Of a DNA stretch of 64,000 nt, positions 24,314 through 36,664 are shown in pieces. Location: NCBI GenBank assembly GCA_038087875.1, contig CM075993.1, positions 11,286,001-11,350,000 of the forward strand, written 5' to 3'. This stretch comes from Malacoraja senta. Taxonomy: Eukaryota. The position numbers were made by a program, and so were the translations under genes. Within the stretch, counting starts at the first letter, position 1. The number at the start of each line of letters is the position of its first letter. The notes beneath the pieces were generated by a model. It was not told where the DNA came from. It worked only from the letters and a program-made list of their open reading frames with translations, and searched no databases.

Positions 24314-24889
24314 AAGGCCTGTCTCACGAGTCTGCGGTAATTGGCGGTGATACAGGAAGTATCTACCGCTCGTGGACCGCCAGAGACCGCGGGTTTGGTC
24401 AAACGGCCACCGCCGAGGCCGTGCGGCGTTGGTCCCAACACCGCACGGTGCTAAAAAAAAGTCAGCAATGTCCAAAAATAATTTCTTACCGCACAGCCAC
24501 CGCCAGTGAGGCACGAACGCCGTGAGTCGAACTCTCACCGCCACAGCCGCCGCCAGTGAGGCACGAGTGCGGCACGGTCACCGCCACAGCCGCCAGTGAG
24601 GCACGAGCGCCGTGAGTCGAACTCTCACCGCCACAGCCACCGCCAGTGAGGCAGGTGTGCGGCACGGCCGCCGCCACAGCCCCGTGATCCGAAAGACGTC
24701 ATCGCGTAGCGCGTCGCGTTGCGTGATGACGTAATCACCCGACGCCGCAAGCTCGTGGAACCGGCCGACCGGAGATCACTCGGCCCCCGCGCAGCATCCG
24801 TGCGGCACTCTCGCGGTTGACGTGCGGTCCCTCCTCCGGCGATGCCGCGCTTCACCGCCAATGACCGCAACACCGTGAGACAGAGCCTT
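24314..24889. mobile_element. CpG-rich PIF/Harbinger-type MITE with internal ~70-bp tandem repeats
   Basis: TIRs AAGGCCTGTCTCACG / CGTGAGACAGAGCCTT, TTA/TAA flanks, and repeated ACCGCCACAGCCGCCGCCAGTGAGGCACGA. Confidence 0.75.
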
Positions 24890-24899
24890 TAAGTATGTT

Positions 24900-25905
24900 T
24901 TAAACATGTAAAGTGAGAAGCAATGTGAAATATAGATGTGTCTCAATTTTGGGTCAAATTATGGAACGGGATTAGTGATGAGTTGAAATTTCGTAGCTCT
25001 CTGTCGAGTTTCAAAAAAGCCTTAAAATGTAAATTAATTAAGGATTATAATGTAAAATGATTAAAATGTAAAATAATTAGGGATTACAATTTAGAGTAAG
25101 TTTTTTTTCTTCTTTCCTTTGTAATGCTGATATTCTGGGTTATTTTATGGATTGTATAGGATAGGCAAAAATAAGCGTTGTGGCTTCAGCCTAATCCTTT
25201 TTCGGTCATTGATTATGTGAACGTTCTTGGTTCTTGGTTTCTTGGTCCTCCAAAATATTTCAATTGGAATTTAAACTGGAGGTGGTGGTGGGAGGACTTA
25301 AGCCAAAAAGGTTTTTTGAGAAGAAAGAGCTACCTTAAATGTAGTTGCATCTGGTTGGGTAACTATAGTAGGGTGGAGATTATTCCATGCTGTAATTGTG
25401 CGGGGGAAGAATGAATTGCTGTACACATCTGTCTTGGTAGCTGGAATCACAAATTGGATCGAATGCCCTCGTCTGCTCCTAATTGGTTTGGGTTTGGTGT
25501 AGGTCTTGTAATCTATGTCGAGCTGACCATTTAACATTTTGTAAAAACAGGTCAAACGGTGAGCTTCACGTCTGTCTTGGAGAGGGTTCCACCCCAGAGA
25601 ATTCAGAAGTTTGGTAACACTCGCTTCTCTCTCATAGGTGTTAGTAACAAATCGAGCTGCCTGTCTTTGGACACGTTCGATGGAAGAAATGTTTTTATTT
25701 GTGTATGGGTCCCATGCTGCAACTGCGTAGTCCAAATGAGGTCTAACAAGGGTGAAGTATAGCTTCTCCTTGACAGAACGTTGTGTGAAATGGATACAGT
25801 GTTGGTTCATATTCACACAGATTGTAAAGTTTGTTCTTTTTAATGTATGACCGAAATAAACTTCATTCATCCATTCATTCATTGATAAACTATTCATTCA
25901 TTCAT
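24900..25905 (+). mobile_element. L2/Crack-like LINE 3' end, interrupted by another LINE
   Basis: KLWNGISDELK..SSLSSFKKALK remnant near 24955-25030; AATAAA + (CATT)n tail at 25855-25905. Confidence 0.6.
25298..25780 (-). mobile_element. Non-HER1 CR1/L2-group LINE ORF2 C-terminus, uninterrupted frame
   Basis: KEKLYFTLVRPHLDYAVAAWDPY...IERVQRQAARFV...LGWNPLQDRR...YSNSFFPRTITAWNNL. Confidence 0.85.
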
Positions 25906-27449
25906 TTAAATATTGTTGGTCCCTTCTCCCTCCACCCCCCCCTCCCCCACCCCACTACCACAGGTCCCTCTTGTTGGCAGGAGCCCCCCTACACCGGGCC
26001 CCCCTTTTATTCTCGAGGGCCCCCTACACCGGGTCCCCTTTGTTCTTCGCGTCCTCGGCCCCCGACCTCGTGTCCCACGTCCCACCTCATTCGCGGAATC
26101 AATGGCGGTAACTCAGTCCCACCAGTACAGTACTCCACGCGCCCTGGGGGATTTCCGGGAGTGTAGGGCACCGTGGGGGTGGTGGGGGGGGGGGTGGAAT
26201 GTACCCTCAATAAGGATGGGGAAATAGTTATTTAACATTTAGAATCTAAGAATATTTCTTTCACTTTGTATCATGGCGGTGGTGGGTTTGTTTGCGTTGT
26301 AAATACGTGATTAAAATTATTTTTGGTTAAAAAAAAGGTAGGGTCCTCCATAGAGGGGCCACAACGAGCTATTCTTGGTCCGTGACATGAACATCAGAAG
26401 CAGGGAATTGGCAAGGATAGCAGGGACCGTCAAATGTCGGTGGCAAGTCAGATTAAAGCGAAACACATGTTTTTTTAAGGAAGTAACTAGGGAGAGGGTT
26501 GGACCACTGAAGGATAAAGGATGGGGTTTCTGCTTGGGGGTAGAGGGTGTAGGGGAGATATTAATTGAATATTTTTGTTAACCCCATTACCTCTATAGGG
26601 TATTAATTGGCATTAACTTTAGTTTAGGGATATAGCATGAAACCGGGCCCTTCAGCCCATCGAGGCCGCACCAACCAGCGATCCCCGCACATTAACACTA
26701 TCCTACACATACTAGGGATAATTTACACATACACCAATCCAATTAGCCGCCTAACCTGCACGTCTTTGGAGTGTGGGAGGAAACCGAAGATCTCGGAGAA
26801 AACCCATGCAGGTCACGAGGTGAACGTACAAACTCCGTACAGACAGCACCCGTGGTCAGGATCGAACCCGGCCACCCGCCACCGTGACTGCTCATCCTTC
26901 TCGTTAAATGTTTGTGTTAAATTTTTATTGTGTTTTTGTGTGTTCCTTCTCATTGTACCGCTGCTGGCAAATTCATTTCACTTGCACTTTATGTGCAAGT
27001 GATGAATAAAACTGATTGTATTGATTGTATTCTAAACTCCAGCGAGTACAGGCCCAGTGCCGCCAAACGCTCATCATACGTTAACCCACTCATTCCTGGG
27101 ATCATTCTCGTAAATCTCCTCTGGACCCAATCAAAGCCAGCACATCCTTCCTCAAATATGGGGCCCAAAACTGCTCACAATACTCCAAATGCAGCCTGAC
27201 CATAGAGGCTCAGCATTACATCCCTGCTTTTATATTCCAGTCCTCTAGAAATAAATACTTTCCAATTATCTCAAGTTGTCTCTTTTCCATGAGCTGAATA
27301 AACTCAACACATCTTTGTTTTTCATCAGGGTTGAGAGTTTTTAATTGTGTTCATATCTCCTCATTACACAGTTATTTTATAAAAATGTCCATTCCAGGCA
27401 CCTTATCTTCTCAAGGCCACACTGCATATCCATGACATTATCTACAGGG

Positions 27450-27825
27450 AAGATAGACACAAAATGCTGGAGTAACCCAGCGGGACAGGCAGCATCTCTG
27501 GAAAGAAGGAATGGGTGACGTTTCAGGTCGAGACCCTTCTTCAGTCTGAACACTGAAACTCAGACTTGGTGATGGTGCCAGAGCTCTCTGTCAAACTCTC
27601 AGACAGTTCTGATTCTTGAAGAATCGGGACTCTTTCTGGAGACAATGTAATGAGTCCAACCTCAGACGTAATGAGACCCTTATTGGAACTCAGTCTGAAG
27701 TGAGACTGAAGAAGGGTCTCGACCCAAAACGTCACCCATTCCTTCTCTCCAGAGATGCTGCCTGTCCCGCTGAGTTACTCCAGCATTTTGTGTCTACCTT
27801 CAGCATCTGCAGTTCCGTCCTACAC
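27450..27825. repeat. Inverted pair of hammerhead-bearing repeats with a ~160-bp spacer
   Basis: Minus copy ends GAGACCCTTCTTCAG (27544); plus copy starts CTGAAGAAGGGTCTCGACCC (27706). Confidence 0.85.
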
Positions 27826-28829
27826 ATTATCTACAGCAATGCTTTCACAAGATGTCCATCACGTGGCCGTTTTCACGGTGCTTCTTTGATCTCCTGGTCC
27901 CAGCATTTCTCCGTCTCTCTCCAGCTGGTAGCTCATCTCCGGCTACACTTTGCACTGGTATTCAGCAAGGGGAAGGACATGGAGGACAATGAGATCAGTG
28001 TGGGGTGTACTCATTTTAGTTTAGAGATCCACGCGGAAACAGGCCCTTCGGCCCACCTTGACCTCACCGACCAGCGATCCCCGCACACTAATACTATCCT
28101 ACACACACTCAGGACAATTTTCCAATTATACCAAGCCAATTAACTTACAAACCTGGATGTCTTTGGATGTCTATGCAGCTCATAGGGAGAACATACAAAC
28201 TCCACACATGCAGCACCTGAAGCTGGGGAGAAGTAGACAATTTCCCTCCAAAATTCATTCTCCTGCCTTCTCCCTGTAACATTTGTCACCCTTCCTATTC
28301 AAGGACCTATCAATCTCCACCTTAACAATACCCAATGACTGGCCTCCACAGCCGTCTGTGGCAATAAATCCAGCTGTTTGGTTTATTGTCACAGAGGTAC
28401 TGTGAAAGACTGTATTTTTGCACAGATTGACCGACATCTGCCGAAAGGCATTCCTCCTCACCTCCAGGGGTGGCACAGTGGAACAGCTGTGGAGCCTCAC
28501 AGCGCCAGAGACCCAGGTTCGATCCTGACTACGGGTGCTGGCTGGATGGAGTTTCGATATTCTCTCTGTGACTACGTGGGTTTTCATCAGTTGCTCCGGT
28601 TTCCTCCCACACTCCAAAGACGTACAGGTTTGTTGGATAATTGGATTGGTATAATTGTAAATTGTCCCCAGTGTGTGTAGGATAGTGTAAGTGTGTGGGG
28701 ATCGCTGGTCAATGTAGATGGGTGGGCTGAAGAGCTTGTTTCTGCGCTGTATCTCTAAAATCTAAAGTCTAACTCCATTCTGAAGCTACGTCCTTTTATA
28801 CTGAGACTCTCCCATTACTGGAAACACCA

Positions 28830-29071
28830 TCCCTCTTCCCATCAGAACTGCCCCCTCCATCTACTCTTTTAAGTCGAGACTTAAAACTCATCTTTACTCT
28901 CAAGCCTTTCTTGACGTCCTCTGAGGGAGGGCTATATGTATGTATTTATGTATGTACTTAATCTATGAACCAATGTTGTATGTTAGTATCTCCACCAATG
29001 TAAAGCACTTTGGTCAACGAGAGTTGTGTTTTAAATGTGCTGTAGAAATAAAAGTGACTTGACTTGACTTG
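28830..29071 (+). mobile_element. L2 LINE 3' end
   Basis: LP..IRTAPS...FKSRLKTHL remnant, TGTAAAGCACTTTG...AATAAA, and a (GACTT)n tail. Confidence 0.75.
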
Positions 29072-29622
29072 GAAACATCCTTTCCACGTCCATTCTATCG
29101 TGGCCTTTCGTTGAGATTCCCCTTCTAAACTCCAGCGAGTACAGGCCCAGAGCCTTCAAAAGCTCACCTTGATTCTCGTAAACCTCCTCTGGACCCTGTC
29201 CAATGCCACCCTTCTCCCCAGCAGACTAGGAGCCACTTTATAAAGTGCTTCATTAAAACGAAAGTATTCCCTGTAACAGTCCCACCCCTCAGTCTTGGCT
29301 CCAGCTTCAGTGAAAGAAGCAGCTGGAGCCAATGAAACTCATTTAATTAGTCACATTACGCTGGTTATGGAAAGAAGAGAGATTTGTCTCGTTACAGAGA
29401 CACAGCTCAAACTCCAGCACTTTGTGTCTCTTTGTGGAATCCGGCATCTGCAGTTCCTTCGGTCTACATTCAATCTTTTAGGTTGAGAACACTGTCGACA
29501 CCGGAGACGTGTTTTCCGCATGTTTTAGTTTCACTGTATAGTTTGGTTTCAGTTTAGTGTGGAGATACAGCGCGGAATCATGCCCACCGAGTCCCCGCCG
29601 ACCAGCGATCCCCGCACACTAA

Positions 29623-29942
29623 TAGCCCTGTCCCACGGTGCGAGTTCATTCCAAGAGCTCTCCCCAGTTTTAAAAATATCAAACTCGTGGTAAGCACGGA
29701 GAATGAACGTAGCGGGTACGTCGGAGCTCGGGGACGTCTCTTAGCGCTAACGGCAGGTACTCGGGAAGCCTCACTAACGGCTGGTAAGCACGGGAAGACT
29801 CGTGAAGATTTTTCAACTCGTTGAAAAATGTCCACGCGAGCCCCGAGTACCGACGAGTGGCCATTACCGTAAATCTCCGAGTTCGAATCAGGGCAAACAA
29901 GGGAGAGCTCTTGGAATGAACTCGTACCGTGGGGCAGGGCTT
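29623..29942 (-). mobile_element. PIF/Harbinger MITE family A, copy 3, inserted in a minus-strand HE1 SINE
   Basis: TAA TSD on both sides; the interior is the reverse complement of copies 1 and 2. Confidence 0.9.
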
Positions 29943-30366
29943 TAACACTACCCTACACACACGAGGAACAATTTACATTTATACCAAGCTACAAACCTGT
30001 ACGTCTTTGGAGTGTGGGAGGAAACCGGAGATCCCAGAGAAAACCCACGGGGAGAACGTACAAACTCCGTACAGACAGCACCCGTAGTCGGGAATGAACC
30101 CGGGGCCCCGGGTACGATCCAGACTACGGGTGCTGTCTGTATGGAGTTTGTACGTTCTCCCCGTGACCCACATACCGCTGTGCAGCAGAGTTACGCTGAA
30201 TTGATTACATTTTTGTTTAAACCAAAAATAAATGTAATCATATATTTACAATAATAATATGTACAATATGAACAAATACCAACAATCCCACCACCAAAAT
30301 ACAAAGTAAAACAGAAGGCAGAAGGCAGTGGAGGCCAATTCTCTGGATGCTTTCAAGAGAGAGTAA

Positions 30367-30684
30367 TGGGCCTGTCCCACTTGGTGATTTTTTAGGCAAC
30401 TGCCGGCGACTGTCATAATCGTAGCAGGTCACCGACAAACTGGCGACAACCTACGTCATCCTGGCGACAACCTACAACAGCACCTACGTTAGGAGAAGTC
30501 AAGCTACGCTCATTGGCATCAAACCCACTGTCACCGAAAAATGTTCAACATGTTGAAAATTCAGCGGCAACCAGAAAGACGTTACGACATTTTGCGCGAC
30601 TGAGGAGACTACTCCCGGCGACCACCGGCGAACAAACCAGTCACCTGTAGTTGCCTAATAAATCGCCTAAGTGGGACAGGCCCA
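30367..30684. mobile_element. PIF/Harbinger-type MITE (family C) in a CR1 tail
   Basis: TIRs TGGGCCTGTCCCACTT / AAGTGGGACAGGCCCA. Confidence 0.8.
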
Positions 30685-31489
30685 TTCGATAGAGCTCTTA
30701 AAGATAACGGAGTCAAGGAATATGGGGGAAAGGCAAGAACGGTGTACTGATTGTGGATGATCAGCCATGATCACTGTGAATGGCGGTGCTGGCTCGAAGG
30801 GCCAAATGGCCTACTGTCTATTGTCTATAAATATTCTTAATCACCGAATATACTGAATATTAAATAGCTCTCTGGATACTTTCAAGGGAGAGCTAAATAG
30901 AGCTCTTAAAGATATGGGGGGAAGGCAGGAACGGGGTACTGATTGGGGATGATCAGCCATGATCACATTGAATGGCGGAGCTGGCTCGAAGGGCCGAATG
31001 GCCTACTCCTGCACCTATTGTCTATTGTATGTTGTCTATATTGCAATCCCTGTCAAGGCTAATGTTTTGTGTGGGTTGCAGGCGGGGAGTTAGTTAGCTG
31101 GGACTCTGCCGAATGCCTGTACAATATTGGCCTTCACAAGCAGACAGACTGCAAATGGAATGAGCTGCTTGCTGGCTTTTACTGAACCTCGCGTGTTATT
31201 CCGTTCACAAGCAGCAGCTTCAGTCTGTGAGGAGTGTTAAAGTTAGGGGGTGGGGGTGGGGGTCCTTGTGGGAGGTTTTGGGTGGAAGTGTAATCATCTT
31301 CCTGTCTTGGGGACAGTTTGCAATGAAGAAGGATCTCGACCCAAAACGCCACCCATTCCTTCTCCCCAGAGATGCTGCCTGTCCCGCTGAGTTAGTCACT
31401 CCAGCATTTTGTGTCTACCTTCGGTTTAAACCAGCATCTGCATTTCCTTCCCACACATTGGGTCCGTTGCTACACAGGCAGGGATAGGG

Positions 31490-31646
31490 ATAGGGATGGG
31501 CTTGGGGAGGGGAGGGGAGGGGAGGGGTGGGGATTAAGCGAGTGTTGATGTGGCCACACTACAGCTGGTATTTAAGCCACACCCGCAAACTTAAGCAAAG
31601 TCTGGAGCTGGTTTAGTCTCAGTTAGTTCACTGGCTGAACGCGCGG
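31490..31646 (+). promoter_or_regulatory. ANXA2: Candidate ANXA2 promoter and non-coding exon 1
   Basis: Unique sequence with GGGAGG/GGGGTGGGG Sp/KLF boxes (31504-31532), TATA-like TATTTAAG (31569-31576), CCACACCC, and a strong donor CGG|GTAAGT at 31646/31647. ANXA2 genes have a short non-coding first exon. Confidence 0.6.
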
Positions 31647-32569
31647 GTAAGTGCTATTCTATTCTATTCTAACTCAAGCATAATCCAAATTTGGCAGCTC
31701 AAACTGCAGTAATTTATGTAACATTTATTAACCGAGTAATTAATGACGGCAGATTCAATGCAGTGTCTAGATTTCACTGTTTAAAGTGAAAGTCTTAAAT
31801 CTCTGCCTGAAAAAGTAACATTTTATAATTTATTATCAAACGTGTCTAATTCTGTAAACCAAGTACCTCAACTTGTGCTGGGGATAATGTTTGGACAAGT
31901 CATCGTTGTTTTGGAGCAGATTTCTAAAGTACTTGTGCAGGAAGGAACTGCAGATGCTGGTTTAACCCGAAGACAGACACACACAAATGCTGGAGTAACT
32001 CAGCGGGACAGGCGGCATCTCTGGAGAAAAAGGAATAGGTGACATTTGGGGTCGAGACCCTTCTGTTCAACCCGAAAAAACACCCATTCCTTCTCTCCAG
32101 AGGTGCTGCCTGTCCCGCTGAGTTACTGCGGCTTTGTGTGTCTGTCTTCTTACTAAAGTGCTTTATTGTTTGAAAAATAGTTTGTCTTGTCTTGGTGCTA
32201 CTTAAATGAAAGTTGTTCATTTTTTGGTGAATAGTTATCGAAGGCGTATCACACCCTGGGGCGGGGTGTTGGAGGAAAGCCAATGCTACTCTGATTCCAA
32301 GCTCTGGACAGGAGTACAGACTGCACCCATTGTAATCTTTCATTCTTTCATTCATTTGTTCTTTATCTCCATCTCGCCGTCAATGTCTCTCGTCTCCCTC
32401 TCCCCTGGCCCTCTGTCTGAAGCAGGGTCTCGACCCAAAACGTCACCCATTCCTTCTCTCCAGAGGTGCTGCCTGTCCCACTGAGTTGCCCCAGCTTTTT
32501 GTGTGTCTTTCTAGATGGGGAAGCTGGGGCTGTGGGCAGGGGCTGGCTGAGGACAGGAGTTTGGGAGGG

Positions 32570-32928
32570 TGACAATAGACAATAGGTGCAGGAGTAGGCC
32601 ATTCGGCCCTTCGAGCCAGCACCACCATTCAATGTGATCATGGCTGATCGTCCCCAATCAGTACCCCGTTCCTGCCTTGTCCCCATATCCCCTGACTCCG
32701 CTATCTTTAAGAGCCCTATCTAGCTCTCTCTTGAAAGTATCCAGAGAACCTGCCTCCACCGCCCTCTGAGGCAGAGAATTCCACAGACTCACAACTCTCT
32801 GTGAGAAAAAGTGTTTCATCGTCTCTGTTCTAAATGGCTTACCCCTTATTCTTAAACTGTGTGGCCCCTGGTTCTGGACTCCCCCAACATTGGGAACATG
32901 TTTCCTGCCTCTAGCGTGTCCAAGCCCT
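32570..32928 (-). mobile_element. CR1 3' fragment
   Basis: Reverse complement of the CR1 tail at 1125-1495. Confidence 0.85.
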
Positions 32929-32974
32929 TACGGTGTGAGGTGTGTTGTCCAGGGGTAACTGAGACGATGGTTGT

Positions 32975-33193
32975 CAGACGTCTCTGTGTGGGCGCGCCAG
33001 GGCGTGGCAAGCAGACGAGAGAGGCTCGCAGTGGGAGAACGTCACTCACTCACTCACTACCTGCTGGGGTGATTCACGGTTCAGGAAGTCGTGAATCACC
33101 CCAGCAGGTAGTGAGTGAGTGAGTGATGTGCTCGCACTGCGAACCTCTCTCGTCTGCTTGCCATGGCTTGGCGCTCCCACACAGAGACGTCTG
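32975..33193. repeat. ~104-bp-arm inverted repeat (long hairpin)
   Basis: CAGACGTCTCTGTGTGGG...CTGCTGGGGTGATTCACG [11-nt loop] CGTGAATCACCCCAGCAG...CCCACACAGAGACGTCTG. Confidence 0.9.
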
Positions 33194-33954
33194 CCAAGAG
33201 GGAGGGGAGTGAGAGAGGGGGAGTGGTAGATGAGTAGGGGGGTGGGTCTGGAAGGGTGAGGGTAATGTGGGGGGGGGAGGATGGGGAGGGGTAGTGAAGT
33301 GGAAGGTTTGAGATGTGGGGGTGGTGGGCAATATTGGTTGTGTGGTGGGGCGGTTTGAGTGGTTGGGGTGGTGGTAATGTGGTGGGGTGGACCTTGAGGG
33401 GTGGGGATTGGGTGTGTGGGGCGGGGGGGGGGTTGGGGGGGATGTTTTGGATGGTGGAGTGGAGAGGGGTCTGTCGGGGTGGGATAGATCTAGAAGGTGA
33501 TGGTTTTGGGGTGGGGTGCGGGGCTGGGGAGTAGGGGGAAGATATTGGAGGGGTGGAAGAGGTCTGGGCGGTTGTGGGTGGTGGTGTGAAAGGGGTGAAG
33601 AGGGAGGGGGAGGGAGTGATGAGTGGGGGCGGGGGGGGAAGGAGTGATCAGGAGCAAGAGAAGGTGACACTGCATGTTGGGTCTGAAGAAGGGTCTCGAT
33701 CTGAAACATCGCCCATTCGTTCTATCCAGAGATGCTGCCTGTCCCGCTGAGTTACTCCAGCATTTTGTGTTTATCTTCGATTTAAACCATTATCTGCAGT
33801 TCTTTCCTACACATTGTTATATGACTTGGGGATTTGCACGGTGATTGTCAGCCTGTAATCCATGATCCAGGTTAATGAGGATTCCCTGTGACACATCCTT
33901 GGCATTAATCAAGACCTGACAATGATCTACCAGATTGTAATGGAGCAATAATAG

Positions 33955-34345
33955 ATTGTTAAGGGTTTGGACACGCTAGAGGCAGGGAACATGTTCCCGA
34001 TGTTGGGGGAGTCTAGAACCAGGGGCCACAGTTTAAGAACAAGCAGTAAGCCATTTAGAACGGAGACGAGGAAACACTTTTTCTCACAGAGAGTTGTGAG
34101 TCTATGGAATTCTCTGCCTCAGAGGGCGGTGGAGGAAGGTTCTCGGGATGCCTTCAAGAGAGAGCTAGATAGGGCTCTTAAAAATAGTGGAGTCAGGGGA
34201 TATGGGGAGAAGGCAGGAACGGGGTACTGAATGGGGATGATCAGCCATGATCACATTGAATGGCGGTGCTGGCTCGAAGGGCCGAATGGCCTACTCCTTT
34301 GTCTATTGTCTATTGTCTATTGTCTATTGTCTATTGTCTATTGTC
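33955..34345 (+). mobile_element. CR1 3' fragment
   Basis: ORF 33967-34230; (CTATTGT)n tail. Confidence 0.88.
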
Positions 34346-36664
34346 TGTCAAACCTAAACATGTGGAAGAACAGTCATCAACAACTCCTGTTTCTCTCCCT
34401 CCTTTAACTTTTATCTCCGAAACCTCCTTGACCCCTGTGACCACCTGATTGCATTTTATCTTTGTACGCCTCATTCTCAACTTCCCCAAGCTAACGATGA
34501 TTTATTCTGCGCTTTCCTGCAGCTTTGATCTCTTGTTTTCACACCTTACCTTTCCACATCTCTGTGTCTCCCTCCCACTCTCAGTCTGAAGAAGGGCGTC
34601 GACCAGAAACGTCACCCATTCCTTCTCTCCAGAGATGCTGCCTCACCCGCTGAGTTACTCCAGCATTCTGTGTCCAACACCGTTGATAAACCTCGGTATA
34701 AGCTCAAGGGTCAGTTCAGGCATAAGGTGTTGATATAAGTTCATATGTTCGTTCATAAGTTGTCGGAGCAGAATTAGGCCATTCAGCCCATCAAGTCTAC
34801 TCCGCCATTCAATCATGGCTGATCTATCTTTCCCTCTCAACCCCATTCTCCTGCCTTCTCCCCACAACCCCTGACCTTAACTAATCAAGAATCTGTCATT
34901 CTCCACTTTAAAAACATCCATTGACTTGGAGTCCACATTTATCTGTGGCAAAGAATTCCACAGATTCACCACCCTCTGACTAAAGAAATTCCTCCTCATC
35001 TCCTTTCTAAAGGAACGCCTTTAATTCTGAGGCTGTGACCTCGGGTCCTAGACTCTCCCACTAGTGGAAACATCCTCTCCACATCTACTCCATCCAAGCC
35101 TTTCACTAATCTGTACGTTTCAATGAGGTCCCTGCTTATCGTTCTAAACTCCATTGAGTACAGGCCCAGTGCCGACAAATGCTCATCATATGCTGTTGGC
35201 TTGGTGCAGTGGTAGGTTGCTTATCATTTTGGGGAGCTTGTGAGCAGTGGTGTGCCCCAGGTTCGGTGTGAAGGATAAGGATGTTAGTGACATGGTTATT
35301 GTATTTGCAGATGACATGAAATTGGTGGTTTTGCTGTCAGTGAAGAAGGTTGACTAATGATAAATAAGATCGTGATCAATTGGGAAAGTGGGCAAAGGAA
35401 TGGCAGATGGAGTTTAACTCGCACAAGTGCAAAGTGATACATTTTAGTAAATCATACCAAAACAGGGCTTGCATTTTCTCATCCACTCCCTACCCACTAG
35501 GGGCAATTTACAGAGGGCCAATTAACCTACAAACCCGCACGTCTTTGGGATGTGGGAGGAAACCGGAGCACCCGGAGGAACCCACTGGGTCACGGAGAAA
35601 CCCAAATGGTCACAGGCAAACTCCACACAGACAGCACCCAGGTCAGGATCGAACCCTGGTCTCTGGAGCCGAGCGACAGCAGCTCTACCCGCTGCGCCAC
35701 TGTGCCGCACAAAGGTCAATGGACTCTCAGCTGCAGATGCAGTCATTGCCTCTCTCTGACTCGCAGCCCTGCGGCTGATATTGCCACCACATCCCCTCCA
35801 TCCCAAATCATTCCTGTACCTCTCCCCTGTCCCTCAACCCACTGCTGGAAACAACACCTTTAGTTTAGAGACAGACATACAATACAATACAATTTATTTA
35901 TTGTCATTTGAACCTCAAATGAAATTCAAACGAAATTTGGTTTCTGCAGTCATACAACAAGAAAAGAACCAAGACACACACCAACACAATTTACACAAAC
36001 ATCCATCACAGTGAATCTCCTCCTCACTGTGATGGAAGGCAAAGTCTAGTCTCTCCCCTATGTTCCATTCATCTCCTGAAGTTAAAGACCCCGGTGGGCG
36101 ATGGCGAGTCCCGCGGCCGTTAAAGCCGCGCCGGGCGATGTAAGGCCCCGCTCCGGGTCAATTTCAACCCCGCAACTCGGGCGGGAGAAGTTGCCGTTGC
36201 GGGAGCTCCGAAAAGCGGTCTCCCACCAGGGACCCGCGAGCTCCCGGTGTCACAGCGCGGAAACAGCTTTGGCCCACCGTGTCCGCACCGACCAGCGATC
36301 CCCAGACAACATACAAACTCCTCTCACTCCGTCCTAATGAATCGACTGTGCCCCAAGTTAGTTCAGACTAACTTTAGTTACGTCTGAAGCAGGGTCTGGT
36401 CTCGAAACGTCATCTGTCCATTCCCTCTGCACAGATGCTGCCTGACCGGCTGAGTTACTCCAGCACTTTCACTCAAGATTCCAGCACCTGCAGTTTCTTC
36501 TATCTCTGCCTTAACTTCAGTGTATGTTTGGCAACCAATCCAGGGGCAATGACAATATTAGTTATAAATAATAATAATAAATGAATGTTAATACATTTAT
36601 TATGTAGCTGTGGTATGTGAATGAGGTGATAAATTGGGAAGGTTTTGAGATTGACAAGAGTTAT

